A DNA stretch of 24,038 bases. It comes from an uncultured delta proteobacterium. Lineage in GTDB: Bacteria > Myxococcota > Myxococcia > Myxococcales > Myxococcaceae. The stretch spans positions 1-24,038 of the forward strand of contig CAVYSY010000042.1 in assembly GCA_963771175.1 (NCBI GenBank). Direction: 5' to 3'. The notes beneath the pieces were generated by a model. It had not been told where the DNA came from. It saw nothing but the letters and a program-made list of their open reading frames with translations, and ran no database searches. The translations under genes and the position numbers were made by a program. Positions 1-8,518 of this stretch are shown piece by piece. Position 1 is the first letter of the stretch. Every line of letters starts with the position of its first letter.

Positions 1-11
1 GGGAGCACGTG

Positions 12-894
12 ATGATTCGCCGTCCTCTGGGCAACACCGGCCTGCAGGTCTCCGTGCTGGGCTTCGGCAGCGGGGCCGGCGGGAAGCCCGGAGCTGTCCG
101 AGGCCGAGGCCGAGGCGCTGTTGAACGGGGTGTTGGACGCGGGCATCAACCTGCTCGACACGGCGCCCAGCTATGGGATGTCCGAGGAGCGCATCGGCCG
201 CTGCCTGCGGGGGCGGCGGCAGCAGTTCGTCCTCTCCACCAAGTGCGGCTACGGCGTACCCGGCGTGGAGGACTGGACGGGCTCCTGCATCACCCAGGGC
301 ATCGACCTGGCCCTGAGCCGGCTGCGCACGGACTACCTGGACCTCGTGCACTTCCACTCGTGCCCAGTGGAGGTGCTGGAGCGCCCCGGGGTCGTGGACG
401 CGCTCCGGCATGCCGTGGAGCAGGGCAAGGTGCGCGTGGCCGCCTACTCGGGTGACAACGCGCCCCTGGAGTGGGCCCTGCACTCGGGGGCCTTCGGCTC
501 GGTGCAGACGTCCGTGAATGTCTTCGACCAGCGGGCGCTCGACCGGGGGCTGCCCGTGGCGCGGGAGAAGGGCATCGGCGTGATCGCCAAGCGCCCCCTG
601 GGCAACGCGCCCTGGCGCTTCTCCGAGCGCCCCGCGGCCCGCGACATCGCCACCTACTGGGACCGGATGCGCGCCATGGGCCTGGACACCGAGGACCTCG
701 ACTGGAGCGAGCTGGCCCTGCGCTTCGCCGCCTTCGTGCCCGGCGTGGCGAGCTGCATCGTGGGCACCACGCGCACGGAGAACCTCCAGCGCAACCTGCA
801 CGCCCTGGAGAAGGGCCCGCTGCACGCGGAGCTGGTGGACCGCATTCGGGATGCGTTCCGGCGCAATGACCACGGTTGGGACGGGCTCATCTGA
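12..894 (+). CDS. Aldo/keto reductase (one apparent +1 frameshift near nt 69)
   Basis: N-terminus MIRRPLGNTGLQVSVLGFG (frame of 12) joins ORF 121..894, which has the AKR motifs DTAPSYG, LSTKCG, SRLRTDYLDLVHFH and IVGTT. Removing A69 restores one frame (GFGAGPAGSPELSEAEAEALLN). Confidence 0.9.
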
Positions 895-943
895 CGATGG
901 CTCGGATTCTCAGGCCTCCATGCCCTTGGATGCAGAGGTTGCC

Positions 944-1084
944 GTGAGCCAGGAACGCTGGGTGTTGTCTCCTGAAGTTGCTGGGGAGCTGGGGGATGGC
1001 ACGAGATTGGATTCGTCTGTTCAGCCTCCAAAGGTGTCCCGCTTTCATCATCGCTTCGAAGGATGGTTGGGCGATGAGCTGCTA
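944..1084 (+). pseudogene. N-terminal fragment of a small hypothetical (possibly immunity-like) protein truncated by IS630
   Basis: GAGG at 935-938 and GTG at 944 give MSQERWVLSPEVAGELGDGTRLDSSVQPPKVSRFHHRFEGWLGDELL, which runs into the IS end. The PEVAG..G and F.GWLGD.LL pattern resembles a hypothetical family I recall near polymorphic toxins (unverified). Confidence 0.5.
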
Positions 1085-1116
1085 GTGGACTGTCCGCGAA
1101 GTAATTCGACATAGTC
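1085..1116. repeat. IS630 terminal inverted repeat (left)
   Basis: GTGGACTGTCCGCGAAGTAATTCGACATAGTC matches the reverse complement of 2259-2290 at 31/32 positions. Confidence 0.95.
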
Positions 1117-1999
1117 AGGAGTGATGCCTGTCCACCCAATCGTGCATTTTGGGACGGGTCCAGGACCAAGTGAAGGGGTGGGCGTAGAGGCGGTTGTACT
1201 CGGGCCAGCTCGCTTCGAGGTGGGCGATGAGCTCGGAGCGGCTGGTCCAACTCCCTCGCTGGAGGTAGCGCTCTCCGAAGGCGCGCAGCAGTAGTTCGGC
1301 CTGGTTGAGCCAGGAGGAATGGGCCGGGGTGAAGAGCACCCGGACCTGGGGGTAGCCGTGCCGCAGGAAGTCATGCGTCTCCTGGGCAATGTGGCTGGAG
1401 CCATTGTCCCAGATGAGATGGATGCGTCGCGCCTCCCGGTGCTCTCCAAGCAGATGGGGCAGCACGGCCCGCAGACAGGCCCCGTCGTTGCGCTCCAGGT
1501 GCCAGCCCCGCATCCGTCCGGTGTGCACCACCAGCTTCGCCAGGAAGTTCACAGTGCCATGTCGGATGTACTCGAACTCCTGTCGCTCGATGAGACCCGG
1601 CTCCATCGGGCGCGTAGGGCGACTGCGCTCCAGCACCTGGAGATTGGGGAGCTCGTCCAGGCACAGCACCACCTCGCCCCTCTCGGCCAGGGACTGCGCG
1701 CGCTCGTAGCACCAGAGAACCTTCGCCGCCTTGTGGCGGAAGGTGTCGTCGGGGATGGGAGTCTTCCAGTAGCGGGAGCGGTGGGGTTGCAACGCAGCGT
1801 CCCGAAGGATGAGCGCCACGGTCGAGTGGGAGAGGGTCGGCGCGATGCCCTGAAGTCGAGCCGCCAGGGCCAGGCTGCGAGTGGACCAGTGGGTCATGTG
1901 CAGGCCAATGCCCGCTGGCTCACAGCAGGCCAGCCGCTCCACCTCGACGCGCTGGAGGGGGGGAAAGCCGCCGCGGGCGGCCTGGGCGAGGCGCATCAT
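1115..1999 (-). CDS. IS630 transposase, catalytic DDE part (orfB)
   Basis: LCLDE...EYIRHGT...HLIWDNGSSH...TPAHSSWLNQAE is the IS630/Tc1-type DDE signature. Confidence 0.92.
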   Translation of the reverse strand: MMRLAQAARGGFPPLQRVEVERLACCEPAGIGLHMTHWSTRSLALAARLQGIAPTLSHSTVALILRDAALQPHRSRYWKTPIPDDTFRHKAAKVLWCYERAQSLAERGEVVLCLDELPNLQVLERSRPTRPMEPGLIERQEFEYIRHGTVNFLAKLVVHTGRMRGWHLERNDGACLRAVLPHLLGEHREARRIHLIWDNGSSHIAQETHDFLRHGYPQVRVLFTPAHSSWLNQAELLLRAFGERYLQRGSWTSRSELIAHLEASWPEYNRLYAHPFTWSWTRPKMHDWVDRHHS

Positions 2000-2234
2000 C
2001 GACGACCTCTACGCCCCGTTGCTCGAAGCGGCGGCACAGGGCCCAGATGGTCGTACGGTCCAGCTCGAGCCGGTCAGCCAGCTCCGAAACGATGGTGTCC
2101 GGCTCGTTCATCGCCAGCAGAATGCGTGCCCTGCGCGCGATGCGCTGCTCGATACGTCCGTCTCGTACCAGAGCCTCGAGGTAGGCGACCTCTGCTGGTG
2201 AGAGGTGGACAAGTCGCGGGGGGCGTCTCCTCAT
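1920..2234 (-). CDS. IS630 transposase, N-terminal HTH part (orfA)
   Basis: RRARILL...LADRLELDRTTIW..RRF...DAPRPGRPR is typical of IS630 N-termini. It overlaps orfB at a TTT-C7 run (1957-1966). Confidence 0.88.
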   Translation of the reverse strand: MRRRPPRLVHLSPAEVAYLEALVRDGRIEQRIARRARILLAMNEPDTIVSELADRLELDRTTIWALCRRFEQRGVEVVDDAPRPGRPRRLSPPPARRGGAAGLL

Positions 2235-2258
2235 CCCACAGAGCTATGCATTCCCTGC

Positions 2259-2290
2259 GACTATGTCGAATTATTTCGCGGACAGTCCAC
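2259..2290. repeat. IS630 terminal inverted repeat (right)
   Basis: Inverse of 1085-1116 with one mismatch. Confidence 0.95.
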
Positions 2291-2336
2291 TAGCGGGTAA
2301 CTGCGCGTCCTGCTTGGGGTTTTCTATCGCCCTGCC

Positions 2337-2362
2337 CACGGGTTCGAATCCTGTCGAGGACA
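2337..2362 (+). other. tRNA 3'-end-like fragment (T-arm plus 3' acceptor strand), not a full tRNA
   Basis: ACGGG-TTCGAAT-CCTGT forms a 5-bp stem with a canonical T-loop, followed by CGAGGAC-A. No D-arm or anticodon arm is visible upstream. Confidence 0.4.
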
Positions 2363-2418
2363 ACCCGGTGAGCCCGAAAGCGGAACCTGAGCACGGCCAG
2401 CGCGAGCTGTGCCGAGTC

Positions 2419-3174
2419 TCAAGGGGCTGCGCGCCCGCCAATCTCCGGGAAGCGCTCATAGGCTCGTTTGAGCGCGTCCAGGTGAGCGGGGTTGTCCAAG
2501 TCGAGCGGCGCGTCGGTGAGCTGAACAACCCAACCGCCCGTCGCGGTACGCCGTGAGCGCGACAGCAGCTCCGCATCGCGGGCCGGGTCCGGAAAGCCGA
2601 TGGCTTCTGCGGCAGCGGCGGACCAGAAGTTGAGCCACCCGAGGTAATAGGGAATCTCTGGCGAGCGGATGTGCTCGAAGAGCTTCAGGGCGGGCAACCC
2701 CCGGCGTGGGGACGGCGGCCCTTCAAGCGTGGGTGCCGTCTGATACGCGATGTCCCCCGCAGCGTCGTCTGGCGTTGCCTCCCCCCAGAACGCACGCGCC
2801 CCCTCCGCTACGCCCTCAAGCACAGCCGCCGCTGCCGCGATCACGGGCTCGTCCAGTGGCAGTTTTGCATGCACTTCAAACTGGTCCTGACCGCCTGGGC
2901 TGAAGAGTCCCGATTTTCCCATTCCCCAAACCGTCACGGGGTAACTCTCGTCCCCGTTGCACACCAGAGGGAATCCCCCGTCCTCAATGCTTTCTACGAG
3001 CCACGCATCGCGCTGCGGCAACGCGGCAAGCCGTCGCCTCTCGGTAACTCTCCACTCCAGGCGCAAGCCGGGGAGCGCCCTCTCCATTCCATGGACGCTA
3101 TCGAGCGCGCGGCGGTCGTTGCCCACGAGCGCAGGCGCGTAGACGATGATTCCGAGTCTTTTCCGCTTGATCAT
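2419..3174 (-). CDS. DUF5953-like putative immunity protein (copy 1)
   Basis: Start ATG overlaps the upstream stop (ATGA, 3171-3174). Conserved motifs IP..LGWLN(F/Y)WS, GFPDPARDA.LL and GGWVV.LTDAPLDLDNPAH. Paralog at 9876-10634. Confidence 0.8.
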   Translation of the reverse strand: MIKRKRLGIIVYAPALVGNDRRALDSVHGMERALPGLRLEWRVTERRRLAALPQRDAWLVESIEDGGFPLVCNGDESYPVTVWGMGKSGLFSPGGQDQFEVHAKLPLDEPVIAAAAAVLEGVAEGARAFWGEATPDDAAGDIAYQTAPTLEGPPSPRRGLPALKLFEHIRSPEIPYYLGWLNFWSAAAAEAIGFPDPARDAELLSRSRRTATGGWVVQLTDAPLDLDNPAHLDALKRAYERFPEIGGRAAP

Positions 3175-4094
3175 CGTTTGCACCCCGTGACGACGACATT
3201 GAGGCGCCGGTCTTCTCGCAGCAGCGCGTCTTTGTGCGCTTGGGTGCTCACCCCAACGACATAACCATATCCACATGCCGCCGCAGCTTTTCGCTGCTTC
3301 TCTATTTGAATCATTTCCTTCTTAATTTCCTTGTCTTGAACAAAGTCAGGGTATTCGTCAAATCGATGGGTCTTGACTTCCCACAGCACACGCACGCCGA
3401 CTTGCAGCGCATCGAAGCTCACGCCGCCCACGAGCACATCCATTCCGGGATAACGGTTGGGCGGAAACTGATCGGCGCACCTGTTATGCGGGTCATCCTC
3501 GCCCGCGTGCGGTTCCGGTATGGGCTCGCACCTGCGACGGCGCTCTCGCTCCGAGGTCTCGATGGGCCCCAGAGGGGGGAAGTCCGGCCCTTTGGGCTCC
3601 GGCTTGGGCCTTTTTTCCGGCGAGGGCTTCGGCGGGGCGGGCGCTGTTTCAGGCACGGGCCGCGTTTCAGGCACGGGCCTTACCTCGGGGTGGCCCATAT
3701 CCAGCGCATACGCATCCAGGGCCTCTTTGATGGCGAATCCCACCACCACCACGCCCGCGACGATCACCGCTCCCACGACGATCTCCGGTGCCGCCAGCAC
3801 GCAGACCCCGAGCCCCACTGCCGCGCCCGCGGACGCGACAGAGCATCTTCCGGTGAGATCGTGAAACTCGACCCGGTCGTGGTCGAGAGCATGAAAGCAC
3901 CGCTCCGCCAGCTCGGGCCAGGGCTGGGAAGCCTCGCGGACGGCGCACTGCCCCCCGTCCGTCCAGGGCAGCGCCGCCGCTCGCTGGAGGTTGGCGAGCC
4001 TCGGGTCTCGGGCCGCTGGCTCCCTTGGGCTTGGCGCTGACGTAGCGCAGGCCGAGACAAAGAGCAGAAGCGCGATGCAAGCGCGAAAACGCAC
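3171..4094 (-). CDS. DUF6310-like lipoprotein, putative polymorphic toxin with C-terminal REase-fold nuclease (copy 1)
   Basis: AAAGGA 7 nt before GTG 4094. Signal peptide MRFRACIALLLFVSAC with lipobox, internal hydrophobic helix, Pro-rich linker, then C-terminal VSFDAL...LWEVKT (D...ExK). Confidence 0.8.
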   Translation of the reverse strand: MRFRACIALLLFVSACATSAPSPREPAARDPRLANLQRAAALPWTDGGQCAVREASQPWPELAERCFHALDHDRVEFHDLTGRCSVASAGAAVGLGVCVLAAPEIVVGAVIVAGVVVVGFAIKEALDAYALDMGHPEVRPVPETRPVPETAPAPPKPSPEKRPKPEPKGPDFPPLGPIETSERERRRRCEPIPEPHAGEDDPHNRCADQFPPNRYPGMDVLVGGVSFDALQVGVRVLWEVKTHRFDEYPDFVQDKEIKKEMIQIEKQRKAAAACGYGYVVGVSTQAHKDALLREDRRLNVVVTGCKR

Positions 4095-4294
4095 GGTCAC
4101 GTCCTTTCATCAAGCGAGGGGGCAGGCTCAAGGCGGGCCAGTTGGGGAGTATGCCAGCACGCTCCGACAGCGACGAATGAGCACGCGAGGGGGAGCGGTA
4201 GGAGGCCGCCCATGTTGCGTCTATGTCGCGTGAGCCCGCGGAATGGGGGGGACGGGGCGGGACTACAGGGGACGCGGCGGGATAGCAGGGCCAG

Positions 4295-4364
4295 GTGTCA
4301 GACGACTCGTAGGGGGCGAGGTGTCGGGACGAGTCCTTTGACACGTTCTCCGACACGTTCTCCG
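4295..4364. repeat. GACAC-family repeat, copy R1 (inverted doublet plus 12-bp tandem)
   Basis: GTGTCAGACGACTCGT (4295-4310) and ACGAGTCCTTTGACAC (4329-4344) are inverted at 14/16. GACACGTTCTCC occurs twice in tandem (4340-4363). Confidence 0.75.
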
Positions 4365-4381
4365 CTACACTCGGAGTCCCC

Positions 4382-5485
4382 ATGGACAACCTCGCCCACG
4401 CGCTTGTCGGGGCCACGTTGGCGGAGACGGGCCTCAAGCGGTGGACGCCGCTGGCCACGGCCACGCTCGTGCTGGGTGCCAACCTCCCGGACGTGGATGG
4501 TTTCATCACCTTCGCGGGCATGGACACCGGGCTGCTGTTCCGGCGCGGCTGGACGCACGGTGTACTGGCCCTGGTCGTGCTCCCGTGGCTGCTGGCCGGC
4601 GCCATGCTGCTGTGGGACCGGCTCGTGCGGCGGCGGAGACACCCGGAGGCACCGCCCGCGCGCCTCGGGCCGCTGGTGGCGCTCGCCTACCTGTCCGTGC
4701 TCACGCACCCGGTGCTCGACTGGCTCAACACCTACGGCGTGCGCCTGCTCATGCCCTTCGAGGGCACCTGGTTCTACGGCGACGCGCTCTTCATCATCGA
4801 CCCCTGGCTGTGGTTGCTGATGGCCGCCGCCGTCGTGCTGGCGCGCACGCACTCCCGCCGCGGTGTCACCTTCTGGGCCGTCCTGGGGCTGGCGACCTCG
4901 GGGCTGGTGCTCGTGCCGGAGCTGGCGCCGCCGGTGGCGAAGGTGGCCTGGGGCGTGGGCGTGGCCCTCATCCTCGGGCTGCGGCTGGCCCCGGGCGTGC
5001 CGGTGCGACACGTCGAGCGCGTGGCGGGCCTCTGCGTCGCGGTGCTCCTCGTCTACATCGGCGCGATGCTCGTCGGCACACATGTGGCCGAGCGGCAGGC
5101 GGCCGAGTGGCTGCGGGCCCAGGGTCTCCCCGTGGAGCGTGTCATCGCGGGGCCGTTGCCCGCGCGGCCCTTCGCTCGGGACGTCATCGCGCTCACGCCC
5201 GAGCGCTACGTCTTCGCGGAGGTGGACTGGCTCGCCGACGAGCGCCTGCGCTTCAGTGATTCGCCGCTGCCGCGCGGGGCGCCCGGGCCCATCGTCGAGG
5301 CCGCGCTCGCCGCGCCCCAGGTGCGAGGCTTCCGCAACTGGTTGCGCTTCCCCTCCTGGCGGGTGCACCGCATGGACGAGGGGTGGCGCGTGGAGCTCCT
5401 GGACGTGCGCTACTCGCGGGCTCGTGACACGGGGATTGGCATCGCCACCGTCACGCTGGACCGAGAGCTGCGCCCCTTGGAGTAG
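4382..5485 (+). CDS. Membrane-bound metal-dependent hydrolase (YdjM/DUF457-like)
   Basis: MDNLAH...ANLPDVD...RRGWTH...HPVLDWLNTYG motifs and several hydrophobic helices. Confidence 0.88.
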   Translation: MDNLAHALVGATLAETGLKRWTPLATATLVLGANLPDVDGFITFAGMDTGLLFRRGWTHGVLALVVLPWLLAGAMLLWDRLVRRRRHPEAPPARLGPLVALAYLSVLTHPVLDWLNTYGVRLLMPFEGTWFYGDALFIIDPWLWLLMAAAVVLARTHSRRGVTFWAVLGLATSGLVLVPELAPPVAKVAWGVGVALILGLRLAPGVPVRHVERVAGLCVAVLLVYIGAMLVGTHVAERQAAEWLRAQGLPVERVIAGPLPARPFARDVIALTPERYVFAEVDWLADERLRFSDSPLPRGAPGPIVEAALAAPQVRGFRNWLRFPSWRVHRMDEGWRVELLDVRYSRARDTGIGIATVTLDRELRPLE

Positions 5486-5551
5486 GAGCGGCGCTCGAGC
5501 GGCCACCATCCGACCCCAGGCACGGCCGCCGCCCGTGGTGAACATAATAGT

Positions 5552-8341
5552 ATGTCGTTGTCTCAGTTGAAGGAATGGCTGGAGCTCGTGGCTGCGGTGC
5601 TGGCCCTGCCCGCCGCCTTGTTCGGCCTCTATCTGCTGGCGCGCTACTGGCGCGGGAAGGTGCGCAAGGAGGCGGGCGAGGGCCTCGCGCGCGAAAAGGA
5701 AATCGCATACCTGGCGGCACTGGATAGGCACATGCAGGAGCTCAATCGTCCGCTTCGCTACCAGGAGGGCGAATTCACGCCGGGCGAAGGGCGCCTGGTG
5801 GAGCAGGAGCAGGTCGCCATGCGGTACGTGTTCCGACGCTCCACCTCGGCCGATGAAGCGGGCCTGACGCCGGGAGAGATCCTCGACAGCGACCGCACGA
5901 AGGCGGTGCACAATGTCGTCGACCTGCTGCGCAAGAGCCACCACCCGGTGGTGCTGCTGGGGGATCCGGGCAGCGGCAAGAGCGTGACGTTGCGCCAACT
6001 CGCGCAGACGTTGGCGCGCGAGCCGGGTTTCACCAGGGCGCTGCCGGTCCTTCCGGTGTACCTGCACCTGGGCAGATATCGGCAGGTGGGCAAGGGCGGC
6101 CGGCCAGTCGACTTCCTCGCCTTCATCAAGGAAGAGCTGAAGAACTTCGTGCCGCTGGGAGAGTATGTCCTCGCGGCACTCGACGATGCACTGGCCCAGG
6201 GCCGGGTCTTCCTCCTGCTCGACGCCATGGACGAAATGCCGACGAGGCAGTTCTCCGAGCGCGTCGACGCCATCAAGAACTTCCTCATCGAGTATGGCGC
6301 CCGAAACCGCGTCATCATCGCGTGCCGTCGGCGCGAGTACGCCGGTGGGCTGCCGCACAGCGAGTTGATCATCGAACCGTTCAGCCCCGAGCGCATCCGG
6401 CAATATCTGGAACGCCACTGGGCGCTGTATGCGGACAGGCTCGGAGCCCTGGTGGAGGAGCCGCAGGTACGGAAGCGGTACTTCGACATCGCGAGGCCGG
6501 GGCATCCGCTGTTCGCCTTCGCGACCAACCCGTTCTCCCTGAAGCTGATCGCCAACCACTTCTTCGCCAACAAGGGCACGGTGCCGCGGGCCCATTCGGA
6601 GCTGTTCGAGAGCTACGTCTCGCGTCGCCTGGCCGTCGCGGCGGCGCGGCAGCAGCTTCCACAGGCCAGGCAGGAGCTGATTCTTCGCCACTGGGAGGCG
6701 TTGGCCTTCGCGGTGTTGCGCGGCAGCCTTGGCACCTATCTCAAGAGGCCCCCGGACGGCACCGTCGCGGTGGCCGGCGCGCGCGAACAGGAGCTGGAGG
6801 CCGCCATCAGCGCGGGCGTGCAGAGCGGACTGCTGCGTGAAGAGCGTGACGGTGCGGTGCGCTTCGAGCACCATCGGCTTCTCGAGTATCTCGCCGCGAA
6901 GTTCTGGGATGGAGACGACGAGCACCTCACCATCTCGGCGGAGCATCTGCGCAATCCGTGGTGGCGCGAAACGCTGGTGATGCGGGCTGGAATCACGAAG
7001 CGTCCGGATGCACTGGTCAGGGGGGTCGTGCTCGCGATCGACCGCGGCTACACCTCCGCTCTGGGCTTGCGCTTCAGCGGCGAAGGAGCACCGGCGTCTG
7101 ACTCGCCAGACGACTCCGTGGAAATGCGCCTGAACGGCATCGTCGCCATCGAAGTCGCCCTGGCGTGCGCGCGACAACGCGTGACGGAGCTGGCGACGGA
7201 CACCTTCGACGGATGGCTGCGACCGCTGGCCGACGCGGTGGCGCAGCAAGGAACGCTGATTGAACAGGTGCGGCTCGCGCGATCGTTGCAGGGGTTTCCT
7301 TTGTGGTTCTCGCACCATGCACTGGCAATGCTGGCGCAGGTCGACTCCGATTGGCTGGCAAGAGAGGTGTTCTCGGCGATCGAGCGCAAGGACTATCGAG
7401 ACCCGCACTTCGGCGACATCCTCATTCATTTCGTGAAGTCGACACGCAGCACGCTGATCGTTTCCAGGAGGCTGTACGCCGCTCGCACCCTCTCGCTCGT
7501 GGCCTGCCTCAAGGCGGCTCCGCGTGAGGCGCGCGGCGCGCTGCTGTGGGCCATGGCCCGCGAGGTCGCTTTCCTCGGCGGTATCTGCGTCATCAGCGGG
7601 ATGGTTGGGTTGTACATCTTCAGCATGGGCAGCGAGCAGCACACGCTGGTCCTCGTGGGACTCGCGCTCGTGTTGTTGGTGTTCTCACTCTTGTTCTCGG
7701 GAATCCCGCTGACGCTGTTCCTGGTGATGGTGTCCGCGGGGCTCTTCTGGATGCTGCCGCCGCGCACCGCGGGGAGATTGTCATTGCTCGTGCTCGGCTA
7801 CCACTGGGGCATTGGAACCGAGTTCCAGCGCTTCAAATGGATCTCCAATCCGGTTCGCCGCTATTTCGGCTCGGTGCTGGCGGTGCCACGCTGGTTTCGC
7901 TGCGTTCTCTGGTTCATGGGCTTCAACAGCCTCTACATCTTCCTCTGGGCGCAACTGCGGCCTGGACCGGTCCCATGGTGGCAGAGCCTACCGGCGGCGG
8001 TGGTCAGCGGCCTCGTCACGGAATCGCTGCTCACCTGGGTGCAGAGGCGCCGAACGCTTGCGCTCGTTCACGGTGAGGAGCCTGCCGCCGATGAACAGGC
8101 CCGGCGCGCCCATGTCGACGCCTGCCTGGCGCGACTGCATCGACCGGTGCTGCCTCATGAGGGGCAGCGGATCCTCGAACATGTCGTCAAGCTTCCGTTC
8201 GCGGAAGCCGAGCTCATCGGCAAGCTCAAGGAACTCGCCGCGAGCGAGGAGTTCACTGTCCCGCGCGATCAGATTCTCCAGGCCATCGATCGCATCGACC
8301 TGCGACGTCGCCAGAAGACACTCGAACAGGCCACCGCGTAG
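5552..8341 (+). CDS. NACHT/STAND NTPase with an N-terminal TM helix and a C-terminal multi-TM region
   Basis: Walker A VLLGDPGSGKS, Walker B VFLLLDAMDEM, sensor IIACRRREY, NPF and F.H..L.EYLAA motifs. Hydrophobic segments at aa ~10-31 and ~660-830. Confidence 0.85.
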   Translation: MSLSQLKEWLELVAAVLALPAALFGLYLLARYWRGKVRKEAGEGLAREKEIAYLAALDRHMQELNRPLRYQEGEFTPGEGRLVEQEQVAMRYVFRRSTSADEAGLTPGEILDSDRTKAVHNVVDLLRKSHHPVVLLGDPGSGKSVTLRQLAQTLAREPGFTRALPVLPVYLHLGRYRQVGKGGRPVDFLAFIKEELKNFVPLGEYVLAALDDALAQGRVFLLLDAMDEMPTRQFSERVDAIKNFLIEYGARNRVIIACRRREYAGGLPHSELIIEPFSPERIRQYLERHWALYADRLGALVEEPQVRKRYFDIARPGHPLFAFATNPFSLKLIANHFFANKGTVPRAHSELFESYVSRRLAVAAARQQLPQARQELILRHWEALAFAVLRGSLGTYLKRPPDGTVAVAGAREQELEAAISAGVQSGLLREERDGAVRFEHHRLLEYLAAKFWDGDDEHLTISAEHLRNPWWRETLVMRAGITKRPDALVRGVVLAIDRGYTSALGLRFSGEGAPASDSPDDSVEMRLNGIVAIEVALACARQRVTELATDTFDGWLRPLADAVAQQGTLIEQVRLARSLQGFPLWFSHHALAMLAQVDSDWLAREVFSAIERKDYRDPHFGDILIHFVKSTRSTLIVSRRLYAARTLSLVACLKAAPREARGALLWAMAREVAFLGGICVISGMVGLYIFSMGSEQHTLVLVGLALVLLVFSLLFSGIPLTLFLVMVSAGLFWMLPPRTAGRLSLLVLGYHWGIGTEFQRFKWISNPVRRYFGSVLAVPRWFRCVLWFMGFNSLYIFLWAQLRPGPVPWWQSLPAAVVSGLVTESLLTWVQRRRTLALVHGEEPAADEQARRAHVDACLARLHRPVLPHEGQRILEHVVKLPFAEAELIGKLKELAASEEFTVPRDQILQAIDRIDLRRRQKTLEQATA

Positions 8342-8518
8342 CCGGCCAAAGGTGTCAACCGCCACGCTGGAGCGCGAGGAGCGCCCCCCTGTCACCCTCC
8401 TGCCCTGGCGAGGTGCCATGCACCTCCTCCACTCCGACGCGCGCGCCCCTGGACAGACTTCCCTTCGCGGGTGGGCCGTCACGACATTTCCCCGGAGCCC
8501 CCCAGGAGGAGTGAAGCC

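Larger units (their letters stand above)
1085..2290 (-). mobile_element. IS630-family insertion sequence, 1206 bp
   Basis: 32-bp terminal inverted repeats with 1 mismatch. TA flanks both ends (1083-1084, 2291-2292) and the empty site reads GCTAGC. HTH and DDE transposase ORFs lie inside. Confidence 0.95.

Noticed and set aside
1030..1040. AAAGGTGTCCC, also at 13583, and TGACACCAT at 18608
   Set aside because: Short matches inside coding sequence or a stop-start junction that lack the rest of the motif, so likely chance.
2300..2365. Complete tRNA gene
   Set aside because: Only the T-arm and 3' strand are present, with no room for D and anticodon arms relative to the partial GTCCT match.
4230..4240. 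GTGAGCCCGCG shared with 13544-13554
   Set aside because: An 11-bp GC-rich match at inconsistent distance from the repeats, not distinguishable from chance.
4298..7642. 1114-aa minus-strand ORF and other long antisense ORFs (e.g. 8870-9751, 12633-13772, 18546-20099)
   Set aside because: Shadow frames of motif-bearing genes in high-GC DNA, with no recognisable motifs.
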